Shown: piece by piece, positions 47,151-55,528 of the stretch
Numbering within the stretch: position 1 is the stretch's first letter
How the letters are laid out: the number at the start of each line of letters is the position of its first letter
Virus record (IMG/VR): IMGVR_UViG_3300013104_000001
Span: 1 to 64,000 of that record
Strand: one strand, 5' to 3'
DNA: 64,000 nt
Notes under the pieces: generated by a model
The model's database searches: none
The model's input: the letters and a program-made list of their open reading frames with translations, nothing else
Told to the model about the DNA's origin: nothing
Position numbers and translations under genes: made by a program

Positions 47151-47426
47151 GTGGATAAGAAGCAACTTACGCCTGAACTGATCTCCGTGCTGGACACTCT
47201 GGATCGTGAACTCAAACACATCCGTCTGACCCAACCAGATCGCATCAACACCTTGTTGAAAAACAAGTGTTTCAGCTTAGCACGTAAAGTGAAGTCACCT
47301 CACGTGAAACGCATTCTGCAATCTATTAGCGGAGTGCCATTGTCGGTGGCTAAGTTTGAAGAGATCCAGGATCTTCGTCGCGAAGTGGAACGCGATGAAG
47401 TGGAACTCTCCGCGACCACGATATGA
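47151..47426 (+). CDS. hypothetical protein
   Basis: GTG start after GAAGAG; helical. Confidence 0.65.
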   Translation: MDKKQLTPELISVLDTLDRELKHIRLTQPDRINTLLKNKCFSLARKVKSPHVKRILQSISGVPLSVAKFEEIQDLRREVERDEVELSATTI

Positions 47427-47899
47427 AGGGAATTGATTGGCGTTGGCTCAGTAACTTAAACGAAGCTGATCACAACGCCATGACAGCCCTTGCTGTTAAA
47501 CAGTACTACGCTCAGGCAACCTACTGGGAAGAGCTGGGCGTAGACTGGAATTCTCCACAGCCAAAAACGATCCACTCGTACATGGCAAACTATGTGAAGA
47601 ACGCAGCGATCAAACTGATCATCCGTGACAAAACGAAAAAGATGATTGGTTTTGGCTTGCTGAGTGTTGAACGTACTGATAAAGGGATGATCTGTCATAT
47701 TGACGAGATCTTCATTGATGAGCCCTATCGTGGAAAGGGTATCGGTACAGCAACCTTGATTCGAATTAAACGTCATGCCGAGAAACAAAAGATAGTTGCG
47801 CTAACGTTAAATGTGAGCTCAGCGAATCCAGTGCGCAGGCTTTATGAGCGCATGGGCTTCCAGTCTGTGCAGGTTAAATACCAAATGAGGTTAATATAG
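47423..47899 (+). CDS. GNAT family N-acetyltransferase
   Basis: IDEIFIDEPYRGKGIG acetyl-CoA motif; LNV...NP.RRLYERMGF. Confidence 0.9.
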   Translation: MKGIDWRWLSNLNEADHNAMTALAVKQYYAQATYWEELGVDWNSPQPKTIHSYMANYVKNAAIKLIIRDKTKKMIGFGLLSVERTDKGMICHIDEIFIDEPYRGKGIGTATLIRIKRHAEKQKIVALTLNVSSANPVRRLYERMGFQSVQVKYQMRLI

Positions 47900-48603
47900 T
47901 GGAACTCATAAAGTCCTGGCATTACAGTCGCTTCAAACGACTGCAGTCTGTGCGTGTCGAATCCCATTTTGGGTGGAAAGCAAATACACTGGGCTTCAGT
48001 CTGTCATGCAGTCGTAGCACCGAAGATACTTTCCAATTTGTGTTAGGTATCCCTCTGCTGTTCCTGCTCTACCTGACTGTCGATTTCAGTCCGTGGAAGT
48101 GGTGGCGTCGTATGTTAGGCAAAGCACCGATGCGGGAGGTGATTCACATCCATCTGTGTAACCAGTATCTCAATCTGGCATTATGGCACGATATCTTTGA
48201 TCACACAAAAGGTGAACTCAATGGCTTTAGTTATATCAAGTCATGGAAAGATCTTCTGTGTGGTGATTTCGCGCTTGTTGATGAGGATGAGGTCTGGAAC
48301 ATCATGGATTATCCTGCGGTACCGCACCTGCACGAACCTAACGGGATCCAATATGCTAAGTGGCGTATTACGCGTACCCGTATTCGTGTGGTATGGGAGC
48401 GCTGGTATATGCGTCTGTGGTCGAGGGTCAAGCCAACCCGGTATACCACCTATCGTGTCGAACCTTTCTTTACTGCTGGATTTCCGGGTAAGAATGGCGC
48501 CGATGACCATCTGGTCTATCTGAACGTCACAACCGTTGACACACCGGAAGCTGCAATTGATCACTTCAACGAACGTCTGACTGAATTACAGACACGTTAT
48601 TGA
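47899..48603 (+). CDS. hypothetical Trp/Arg-rich protein
   Basis: GAGGT RBS, GTG start overlapping the upstream stop. Confidence 0.7.
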   Translation: MELIKSWHYSRFKRLQSVRVESHFGWKANTLGFSLSCSRSTEDTFQFVLGIPLLFLLYLTVDFSPWKWWRRMLGKAPMREVIHIHLCNQYLNLALWHDIFDHTKGELNGFSYIKSWKDLLCGDFALVDEDEVWNIMDYPAVPHLHEPNGIQYAKWRITRTRIRVVWERWYMRLWSRVKPTRYTTYRVEPFFTAGFPGKNGADDHLVYLNVTTVDTPEAAIDHFNERLTELQTRY

Positions 48604-48636
48604 TTTACTTTACACCAGGGAATTGATACCCCGTAT

Positions 48637-48660
48637 GCGCTGGTTCTGCCAGCGCTTTTT
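48637..48660 (+). terminator. canonical intrinsic terminator
   Basis: GCGCTGG-TTCTG-CCAGCGC-TTTTT. Confidence 0.75.
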
Positions 48661-48684
48661 AATTAAATAATAAGTGAGTCAAAT

Positions 48685-49200
48685 ATGGATATCGGACAGT
48701 ATCAGCCTTCCCCTAAGACATTAGTGCTTTCGAATATGTTTTGTAACTTCTTCGGAAAGCAACCGCTTTATTATAGTTTCGACCTGGGTAACCGGGTTAT
48801 CCCTGTTACAGGACCACTGCAGGTCCATTACCCAATTAGTGTTGCTGAGATTCCGTGTTATAAGCGTGTTGTTGAACACATGGTGACATCGCATAATGTG
48901 ACACAGTTAGTGGGGGTTGTAGAAGAAGCCTTGCGCTGCTTCCCTGATATACCTTATAACTCAGAAGAGTGCAGTGGTTTAATTGCTGGGTTATGTGGTG
49001 GTCGCGCTATGACCGTGATGATAAACCAAGTGGTGTATCGTGCGATCGTGTTGATTGCAGGTGTGGTCTGGCTGGATAAACTCCCTCAGGTCTGCCTTGA
49101 GCCCGATGGTCAGGTCTGGGATACATTGGCGAAGTGTATTGAAATTAAGCGCAGTCAAATCTTACGTGAACGTGCCTTGTTGAAAAACCTGTTTCGCTAA
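48685..49200 (+). CDS. hypothetical protein
   Basis: 171 aa ORF. Confidence 0.7.
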   Translation: MDIGQYQPSPKTLVLSNMFCNFFGKQPLYYSFDLGNRVIPVTGPLQVHYPISVAEIPCYKRVVEHMVTSHNVTQLVGVVEEALRCFPDIPYNSEECSGLIAGLCGGRAMTVMINQVVYRAIVLIAGVVWLDKLPQVCLEPDGQVWDTLAKCIEIKRSQILRERALLKNLFR

Positions 49201-49206
49201 AAGAGG

Positions 49207-49791
49207 ATGGCTATGAACTACATATATCGCTCTGACGGTCATACGTTTTTGGTTGCATTCAGAACAGAGGGGATCGATAAAGACCCCAATGAGATGACGC
49301 ACCTTGAACGGGTGGCGTCTTACTACTGTTTGCCCGTGGCCTTGGGTGATTTCGGTACGTGCATCGCATTCTTCCCTCCCCATCTTCAGGAATCAGAAGA
49401 GCTCTTCAATGAAGCTGGGGAGTTTCATGATCACATCTATCTGCTTTGTGGTAATCAGTTATGTATCACACAGAACGATGATGTACTGCTGCTCGAACAA
49501 CTGCCTGACGTATGGCACAATGTTCCTCGTGAGTCGTACAACAAGATCATGGAAATGTATATCGCTCCCTTTGAGTTCATCAACGAGCTTAATTCAAAAC
49601 TTATCCGTTCCAATAAGTCTGCTGACTTAATCGCCGATAAGTTCCTTAAGCTGATGGACAAATTCTCAGAAGCCATCTTTTGTTTTTACGTCAATGAACG
49701 TAATGGCAAAGTTGGTAATGTCGAAAAACAGATTTCCTTTATACCCCGTAAACGTGGGGCTGTAATCAACGACCCCATCGTAATCCATTAA
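49207..49791 (+). CDS. hypothetical protein
   Basis: GAGG RBS (start 49207 or 49213). Confidence 0.7.
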   Translation: MAMNYIYRSDGHTFLVAFRTEGIDKDPNEMTHLERVASYYCLPVALGDFGTCIAFFPPHLQESEELFNEAGEFHDHIYLLCGNQLCITQNDDVLLLEQLPDVWHNVPRESYNKIMEMYIAPFEFINELNSKLIRSNKSADLIADKFLKLMDKFSEAIFCFYVNERNGKVGNVEKQISFIPRKRGAVINDPIVIH

Positions 49792-49802
49792 TGGAGTAAG
49801 TC

Positions 49803-50264
49803 ATGTCACAAGAACCAAAAATAACTATCCCGTATCTGCACTTTTCACTCACCGCCTTTCGTGACTTTATTATCGCGAACGATATGACACCGTATATCGT
49901 GGTAAAACCGATTCCTGGTGCCGATGAAGTTCTTGACCAATATGTCAAAGAAGGCACTGTAACGCTGAACCTGAGCCCTACAGCGTGTCGCTCGTATCAG
50001 ATCAGTGAAGAAGGCTACATGATCGTTGAACAGCGCTTCAACGGTAAGCCACATCGCGCTTACATCCCTGTGGGTTGGGTGCTGGCTATGTTTGCCCGTG
50101 AGAATCCACAGATCGGCATGGGGTTCGATGGTGATATCTTTGGCACCCCAATCAACGATGGTAAAACAACACCTTCTGTATTTGACACACCTGTTGTAGA
50201 AACTGCTGAAGAGACGAGCAACGTCACACCACTTCGGAAAAGTGGACTGAGCGTCGTCAAGTAA
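49803..50264 (+). CDS. sspB: stringent starvation protein B (ClpXP adaptor) homolog
   Basis: TPYIVV, VKEGTVTLNLSP.A, RFNG, IP...VLA.FARE; C-terminal LSVVK like the LRVVK ClpX-binding tail. Confidence 0.88.
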   Translation: MSQEPKITIPYLHFSLTAFRDFIIANDMTPYIVVKPIPGADEVLDQYVKEGTVTLNLSPTACRSYQISEEGYMIVEQRFNGKPHRAYIPVGWVLAMFARENPQIGMGFDGDIFGTPINDGKTTPSVFDTPVVETAEETSNVTPLRKSGLSVVK

Positions 50265-50377
50265 ATCCTATGGTTGCAGCTCATCCCTCTGTAGCCGTAG
50301 TGTAACTTCAGCAGTTCGGGGGACATTTGTCCCCCTTCTACACGCAGCCCTTTATTTTTTGTCGAGAATTCTTCAAG

Positions 50378-50387
50378 CCTACATTAC
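50378..50387 (+). promoter_or_regulatory. candidate phage promoter CCTACATTAC
   Basis: Third copy; 39 nt upstream of ATG 50427. Confidence 0.55.
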
Positions 50388-50426
50388 AGATAGGTAATAA
50401 GAAAGCCTTAATAAGGTTGGGTAAAT

Positions 50427-50714
50427 ATGTATCACTATCTTGACCATCTGGTAGCCACATTGGTTGTCTTCGTTATGTTGGTATTACTGGAACGCGTCAT
50501 CCACCGGGAAGAACCGGAAAACACTACGGTCGAGTTGCTTCTTGTAGCTGCAGGTACCACGATCAGTATTCCTTTAACCGTAGCGGCCACTATCATCACA
50601 TACATGATATTGGTTTTACTCAAACAGCCCAATGCCCTCACTCGAGCAAGTTATTGGCCTGCCGAAGTAATACGTTTAATTACCAGGCACAAATCGTACA
50701 AACAACATTTATAA
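50427..50714 (+). CDS. small membrane protein (2-3 TM)
   Basis: Long hydrophobic segments; AAGGT RBS. Confidence 0.65.
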   Translation: MYHYLDHLVATLVVFVMLVLLERVIHREEPENTTVELLLVAAGTTISIPLTVAATIITYMILVLLKQPNALTRASYWPAEVIRLITRHKSYKQHL

Positions 50715-50755
50715 TAGAGAGTCCTTCGGGGCTCTCTTATGCCGTCTTGTTTTTA
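50711..50755 (+). terminator. hairpin + TTATGCCG element
   Basis: AGAGAGTCC-TTCG-GGGCTCTCT-TATGCCGTCTTGTTTTT. Confidence 0.8.
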
Positions 50756-50808
50756 CGAACTAAATCGCGTCATCTTTTAGCAGATTCATTTATCAAAGGA
50801 AATTAATC

Positions 50809-51360
50809 ATGTCAGTTGTCGATAAGTTTAAGAATTGGAAACTCTCCAAACGTGTAGCCCTTCTGGAAGAACTCCTGGAGGTTCATTACTCGATTGGTGA
50901 TGTGGTCCCTTATCCAGATCAGCCTGCTTTTGAAGTATGCTGGCACGACACACCTGAAAGCATTCACCAGGCGCACTGGGCACCGATGGCTGAATCATCC
51001 GGTATGACGTATGACGAACTGATGTCACAATCACGTCAAGGCGTATTAGCTGATGGTTCTCCTGTTGAGATGACCCGTGAGCAAGAACTTAAGGATATGC
51101 GCACCCAGCAGTGCTGGGGCTTTGCTGACTGGATTAACAACCGTCTGCACTTCTGGATAGGTGATCTCCCGCATGCCGAAGCACGTACCGAAGAGCTCCT
51201 GCACACCATGATCGCCTCCGAGCTGGCACACCTGGCACCGCATCGCCATAACAACGAACAGTTAGAGATGTATCGTGCTCTGCAGTTCGCTTCTGTTTCA
51301 CGTGCGGCAAAAGCAGTGTTAACCGATGCGCTGGGTAAACTTAAAGGGAAACAAGTATAA
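50809..51360 (+). CDS. hypothetical protein with degenerate zincin-like motif
   Basis: WGFAD...LHFWI...LLHTMIASELAH (HExxH with first His replaced by Ser). Confidence 0.6.
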   Translation: MSVVDKFKNWKLSKRVALLEELLEVHYSIGDVVPYPDQPAFEVCWHDTPESIHQAHWAPMAESSGMTYDELMSQSRQGVLADGSPVEMTREQELKDMRTQQCWGFADWINNRLHFWIGDLPHAEARTEELLHTMIASELAHLAPHRHNNEQLEMYRALQFASVSRAAKAVLTDALGKLKGKQV

Positions 51361-51557
51361 TGGATCCTGAACTGCACGATGTGCTCTGGGATGGTCTGGT
51401 CGATAATGGGATTGATCCCAACGAGCAGGTCATGAAGGAGTGGGAAGCAAAGATCCCAAGTGATATCCGCGCCATGGCTAATATGTGGGCATGGGGCGAT
51501 ACTGAAGTGCGCGAGCACCTCTATGTCTTTATCGGAAAGGAGGTAGCCAAATCATGA
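51360..51557 (+). CDS. small hypothetical protein
   Basis: Coupled start/stop; WAWGDTEVRE motif. Confidence 0.7.
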   Translation: MDPELHDVLWDGLVDNGIDPNEQVMKEWEAKIPSDIRAMANMWAWGDTEVREHLYVFIGKEVAKS

Positions 51558-51862
51558 AATTCGAACTCATGACTGTGGTGTCTATCCAGGGTGTACCTAA
51601 AACACCCATCACGGTATTAGTCAATCATAAAGAGATTGATATTGATCACCGGGTCAATCTGATCGTTGACTGCTACAAACGTGCTCACAAGTTTGATACG
51701 GAAATCACCAAAGAGCAGAAAGCTGCGGTGCTACATCTGCTTGAGGTAATGCGTGCGGCTATCCATGGCGGGGCGAGAGTAGTGCCTCCTACGTTTATCA
51801 GTGAGAACGACGTCGCGCTGGAGTACCGTATTTATCAAAGCCTGATTAAAGATGAGGATTGA
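51554..51862 (+). CDS. hypothetical protein
   Basis: AGGAGG RBS; ATGA overlap. Confidence 0.75.
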   Translation: MKFELMTVVSIQGVPKTPITVLVNHKEIDIDHRVNLIVDCYKRAHKFDTEITKEQKAAVLHLLEVMRAAIHGGARVVPPTFISENDVALEYRIYQSLIKDED

Positions 51863-52902
51863 TGATGACCGACAAAGTTGAACTCATCACGACCTTTAAA
51901 ATTGATCGTGATGACCTTCCTTCGGTTAGTGTGGTACTCGAACGTTTTAGTCTCGCATTTGCTGCGCGAGGCATGTCAACTAAATCCTGGCAGGAATACG
52001 CGGCGTATAACAGCGGATGGCATTGGCCATCTATGAAACTCCTGCTCGATGAATTGAGCGGCGTAGACGTTCTGTATCTTGAAAACAACGAGTCCAGAAG
52101 CTTTGCCACTCGTCACGATAACAAACGTTATATTTTAACAGTTAAGCTGCTTGATTATACAGCGGAAGAACCAAATAAAAGAGGTGGTATCATGGGTTGG
52201 ATTAAAGATATGTTGTTTGGCAAAAGTATTATTCGTTCAGCGCCGACAACAATCGATAAAGATTCTGATCAATTGCCCGATGATCAGAAGGCGCATTGGG
52301 ACGAGTCTTACATTCGCTGGATGTTCACGGATATCGTAAAGAATTGGGAAAGTGTGAACAACGGTGCCGAGCCCGAAGCTGTAGAAACCAAAGTGCTGTT
52401 GATCGGCGGTGATACTTATCTCTTACGTGGGATGGCCGCTACCACACCAGATGAAGTCATCTTCGCTTTCCTGAAAAATGTATGGCGTGATGTTTTCGAC
52501 GAAAAGTACAATGCGCAACCTGGTCGTGATACGACCGCTAAATCCACACTCTATAACGGCGTGCGGCTGTGTTTGGGTGTCGATGATTACGGCATGGAAA
52601 ATGGCAGTAGAGTCATACTGGCAAAATTATCTCCACTAAACAACGAGCATACCTACACCACGACTAAAGGCGATGGTCTCGGGCGTTTTAGCTATGTTGA
52701 AAAAACCGATCGCCTGGATATTGAGTTAGGTCCGATAGTAATGCAGCGTCTGTCATTACAGTTCCCAACTGGGAGTATCATGAAAGTTGCGAGTCATGAA
52801 CCTGCTGCTGTAGTGACGCTGGGATCAATGGGTTATGTTGTTGCGGCCGGTCCTCATTCAGACGAGACCATGATCTTAACCCGTTTGAGTAAAACCAAAT
52901 GA
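51859..52902 (+). CDS. hypothetical protein (347 aa)
   Basis: GAGG RBS; overlaps both neighbours by 4 nt. Confidence 0.75.
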   Translation: MMMTDKVELITTFKIDRDDLPSVSVVLERFSLAFAARGMSTKSWQEYAAYNSGWHWPSMKLLLDELSGVDVLYLENNESRSFATRHDNKRYILTVKLLDYTAEEPNKRGGIMGWIKDMLFGKSIIRSAPTTIDKDSDQLPDDQKAHWDESYIRWMFTDIVKNWESVNNGAEPEAVETKVLLIGGDTYLLRGMAATTPDEVIFAFLKNVWRDVFDEKYNAQPGRDTTAKSTLYNGVRLCLGVDDYGMENGSRVILAKLSPLNNEHTYTTTKGDGLGRFSYVEKTDRLDIELGPIVMQRLSLQFPTGSIMKVASHEPAAVVTLGSMGYVVAAGPHSDETMILTRLSKTK

Positions 52903-53990
52903 TCTACCTGGTCTGGATCTTGATCCCGTCCTTGTTGCTGGTTCTATTATCTAAGGCGGTGTTTCCACACCACATTACGTTTCTAGAATGGGCAATGCAA
53001 GGTGGCGCAGTTGTGGTTGGGACGGCGTTGTCACTGTGTCTTCTTTATGCAACAACAGCCGGTATGAGCTTTGACCACGAAGTATGGAATGGTGCAGTCG
53101 TATCGAAAGCACCTGTTAAAGTTTCATGTACGCACGAGCATCAGTGTGGTGAGACTTGCTCTACCGATAGTAAAGGTAATAAACACTGTACGCCGATCTA
53201 CTGTCCTGATCATGCCTTTGATGTGGATTGGGATGTAAAGACTACAGTTGGGACATTTACCATTGATCGTATCGATCGTCAGGGCCTACGTGAACCTAAT
53301 CGCTTTACTGCGGTAAAACTGGGTGAGCCGGCTGCTAGTGCACACATGACGCGAAACTACCTCTTACTCGACCCTGAGCGGTTTAAAGCCACAGAGGGCG
53401 TTATGGCGCGTTATAAAGGTCGTATACCTGACTACCCGTCAACGTACGACTATTACCGATTCAACCGGGTGGTTAATACTACCAAGGATGATTTCAATTA
53501 CATCAACGATTACCTTAATAAGGAACTGATTACACTCGGCGCACAAAAACAACTCAACATCGTTGTGGTCATTACTGACTACAGCAAGGACTTCTATGAA
53601 GCTCTCCGTGAATCCTGGGACGGTGCTCGTAAGAACGATGTGATACTCGTCTACGGCATTGACAAGGAACATCATGTGAACTGGTTTAAAGCAGATGCGT
53701 TTGCAGACGGGCAGTCGAACATGTCGATGATCAAAACACTGAACTCGACAGCACTCGATCGCACGCTTGATGCGGATCTGGTACACGAACAACTTCACGT
53801 GATTCAGGAACGTTTTAATAGACTTCCGAATAAAACCTTTGAATACCTGAATGAAGATTTCACACCACCAATGTGGGTGATCGTCATGACGGTCTTGATT
53901 AACCTGTTATTAAACATTGGGGTTTGCTTCTATCTCGTAAAGAACGACATGGGCGAATTCCAATTCATGAATAAACGTAAGGGATATTAG
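52899..53990 (+). CDS. membrane protein with Cys-rich segment and TPM-like periplasmic domain
   Basis: Two N-terminal TMs, C-x5-C-x3-C..C..C cluster, QLNIVVVIT...W.G.RKNDVILV (TPM-like), C-terminal TM. Confidence 0.65.
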   Translation: MIYLVWILIPSLLLVLLSKAVFPHHITFLEWAMQGGAVVVGTALSLCLLYATTAGMSFDHEVWNGAVVSKAPVKVSCTHEHQCGETCSTDSKGNKHCTPIYCPDHAFDVDWDVKTTVGTFTIDRIDRQGLREPNRFTAVKLGEPAASAHMTRNYLLLDPERFKATEGVMARYKGRIPDYPSTYDYYRFNRVVNTTKDDFNYINDYLNKELITLGAQKQLNIVVVITDYSKDFYEALRESWDGARKNDVILVYGIDKEHHVNWFKADAFADGQSNMSMIKTLNSTALDRTLDADLVHEQLHVIQERFNRLPNKTFEYLNEDFTPPMWVIVMTVLINLLLNIGVCFYLVKNDMGEFQFMNKRKGY

Positions 53991-53991
53991 A

Positions 53992-54588
53992 ATGCAAGAT
54001 GGTAACAAGAAAGGTTTGTCTACTGGTGCTATTGTGGGTTTCGTCCTTGCTGGTTTCCTGGTACTGGTCGTGGCCGTAGGCATCAGCCTGTTCATGGGTT
54101 ATGTCTCTGCCTCTAATGGCGGTGTACAAGCTGAGTCTCGTATTGAGCAGCTGAACAAAGACTCCGAGAACGTGCTGTCGACCTCCACGATCAAAATCAA
54201 GAACATGGCACAGATCCCTGGGATGTATGTCAAAGACTTGAAAGAGATCATCCGCGATACCTTTGAAGGTCGTTATGGCAAAGACGGGTCGAAAGCGGTG
54301 GTGCAGTTCATTCAAGAACAGAACCATCAGGTTGACTCGAAACTCTACCTAAACATTCAAAATGAAATGGCTGCCGGACAAGATGAGTTCCGTATTGCAC
54401 AAAGCAATAAGCTCACTGCATGTCGCAACTATGAAAACAGTCTGGGTTATTTCTGGCAGGGTATGTTCTTGAAATGGGCGGGCTATCCGAAGAAAGATCT
54501 GGCGAAACTTTGCCAGGTAGTATCTGACGACCAGACGCAGGAAGCGTTTAAAACGGGTAAGCAGAAAACCATCGAGCTGGGTAACTAA
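53992..54588 (+). CDS. LemA-like single-TM helical protein
   Basis: N-terminal TM then YVSASN, helical bundle, YEN.L..F..G.FL..AGYP pattern. Confidence 0.55.
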   Translation: MQDGNKKGLSTGAIVGFVLAGFLVLVVAVGISLFMGYVSASNGGVQAESRIEQLNKDSENVLSTSTIKIKNMAQIPGMYVKDLKEIIRDTFEGRYGKDGSKAVVQFIQEQNHQVDSKLYLNIQNEMAAGQDEFRIAQSNKLTACRNYENSLGYFWQGMFLKWAGYPKKDLAKLCQVVSDDQTQEAFKTGKQKTIELGN

Positions 54589-54615
54589 CCGACACCGGAC
54601 AGGGATGTCCTTTTA

Positions 54616-54975
54616 ATGAAGGAAGGTATTATGCCATTCGTTCGATTCAAAGTAAAAGAAGTCAAACTCACGCCGGATTCAATAACCAGTCTGAAGCGGT
54701 TCTTCGGTTTGATTGACAAAAACATTGACGCCGTTAAGATCGTTCAGGCGTTCCAAACAACCGATACTGATAATGAACCTCTGTTAGAAAACAGTCTCGT
54801 TATTATAACCCGATTCCCAGATGGGTCAAAACGTTACACGCATATCTGGAACTCGAAATTCAAAGAAGAACTTGCTGCATTTAAACCTGAACTCGTTGGG
54901 GAGACCCAGTCGTTCAGACTTGACTATCAGTTATACATGAACGGCGATGAGGACAATCCCCTTAAGCGGTTCTAA
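54616..54975 (+). CDS. hypothetical protein
   Basis: 119 aa ORF (start 54616 or 54631). Confidence 0.65.
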   Translation: MKEGIMPFVRFKVKEVKLTPDSITSLKRFFGLIDKNIDAVKIVQAFQTTDTDNEPLLENSLVIITRFPDGSKRYTHIWNSKFKEELAAFKPELVGETQSFRLDYQLYMNGDEDNPLKRF

Positions 54976-54985
54976 GGAATCTAAA

Positions 54986-55514
54986 ATGAAAGGTACGTTG
55001 GTTGAACATCTTGCCAGTCGTGGCTATGATGTTGCGCGTTATAAGACGCAGTGGTTGACAGACACAGAGTTGACTGTTCCGTTGTTCGACTTCGATCACA
55101 AGCTTAAAGGATATCAGGTCTATACACCTGATGCACCTAAGCATGCTGTTAACCCAAAAGAAGCGCGTTACTTTACGCGTGGTCTAGGGAAGCAATTAGT
55201 TTTCGGTCTGGAGTTGGAAATTAGTATCAACAACCAACAGATTACCAACCGTATTCTTAACTGAATCGGTTTTCAAGGCTTGTGCGTTACATCGCTTAGG
55301 ATTGAACGCCTGGTCTGTTTTAGGTTCTACTGTATCAGATCCCCTCTATTGTCAGTTGCGTTTATTACCGGTTGATTTGGTGTGCTGTGGTGATGATGAT
55401 AAAGCAGGGTTAGCGTTCTCGCAAACTTTTGGTCGTGGTTTTGTATCGCATGATCTGGATGAGTTATCTCCAGAGGAACTTCTGCATCTAACCAGACCGT
55501 TTACTGATTATTGA
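54986..55514 (+). pseudogene. Toprim-domain primase-like gene split by a +1 frameshift near 55235
   Basis: First frame: EHL.SR..., GYQVY.P, RYFTR, VFGLE; second frame: VFLTESVFKA (Toprim Glu) and CCGDDDKAG (DxD); reading frames joined by removing one base. Confidence 0.7.
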
Positions 55515-55528
55515 AAGAGATAATTAAA

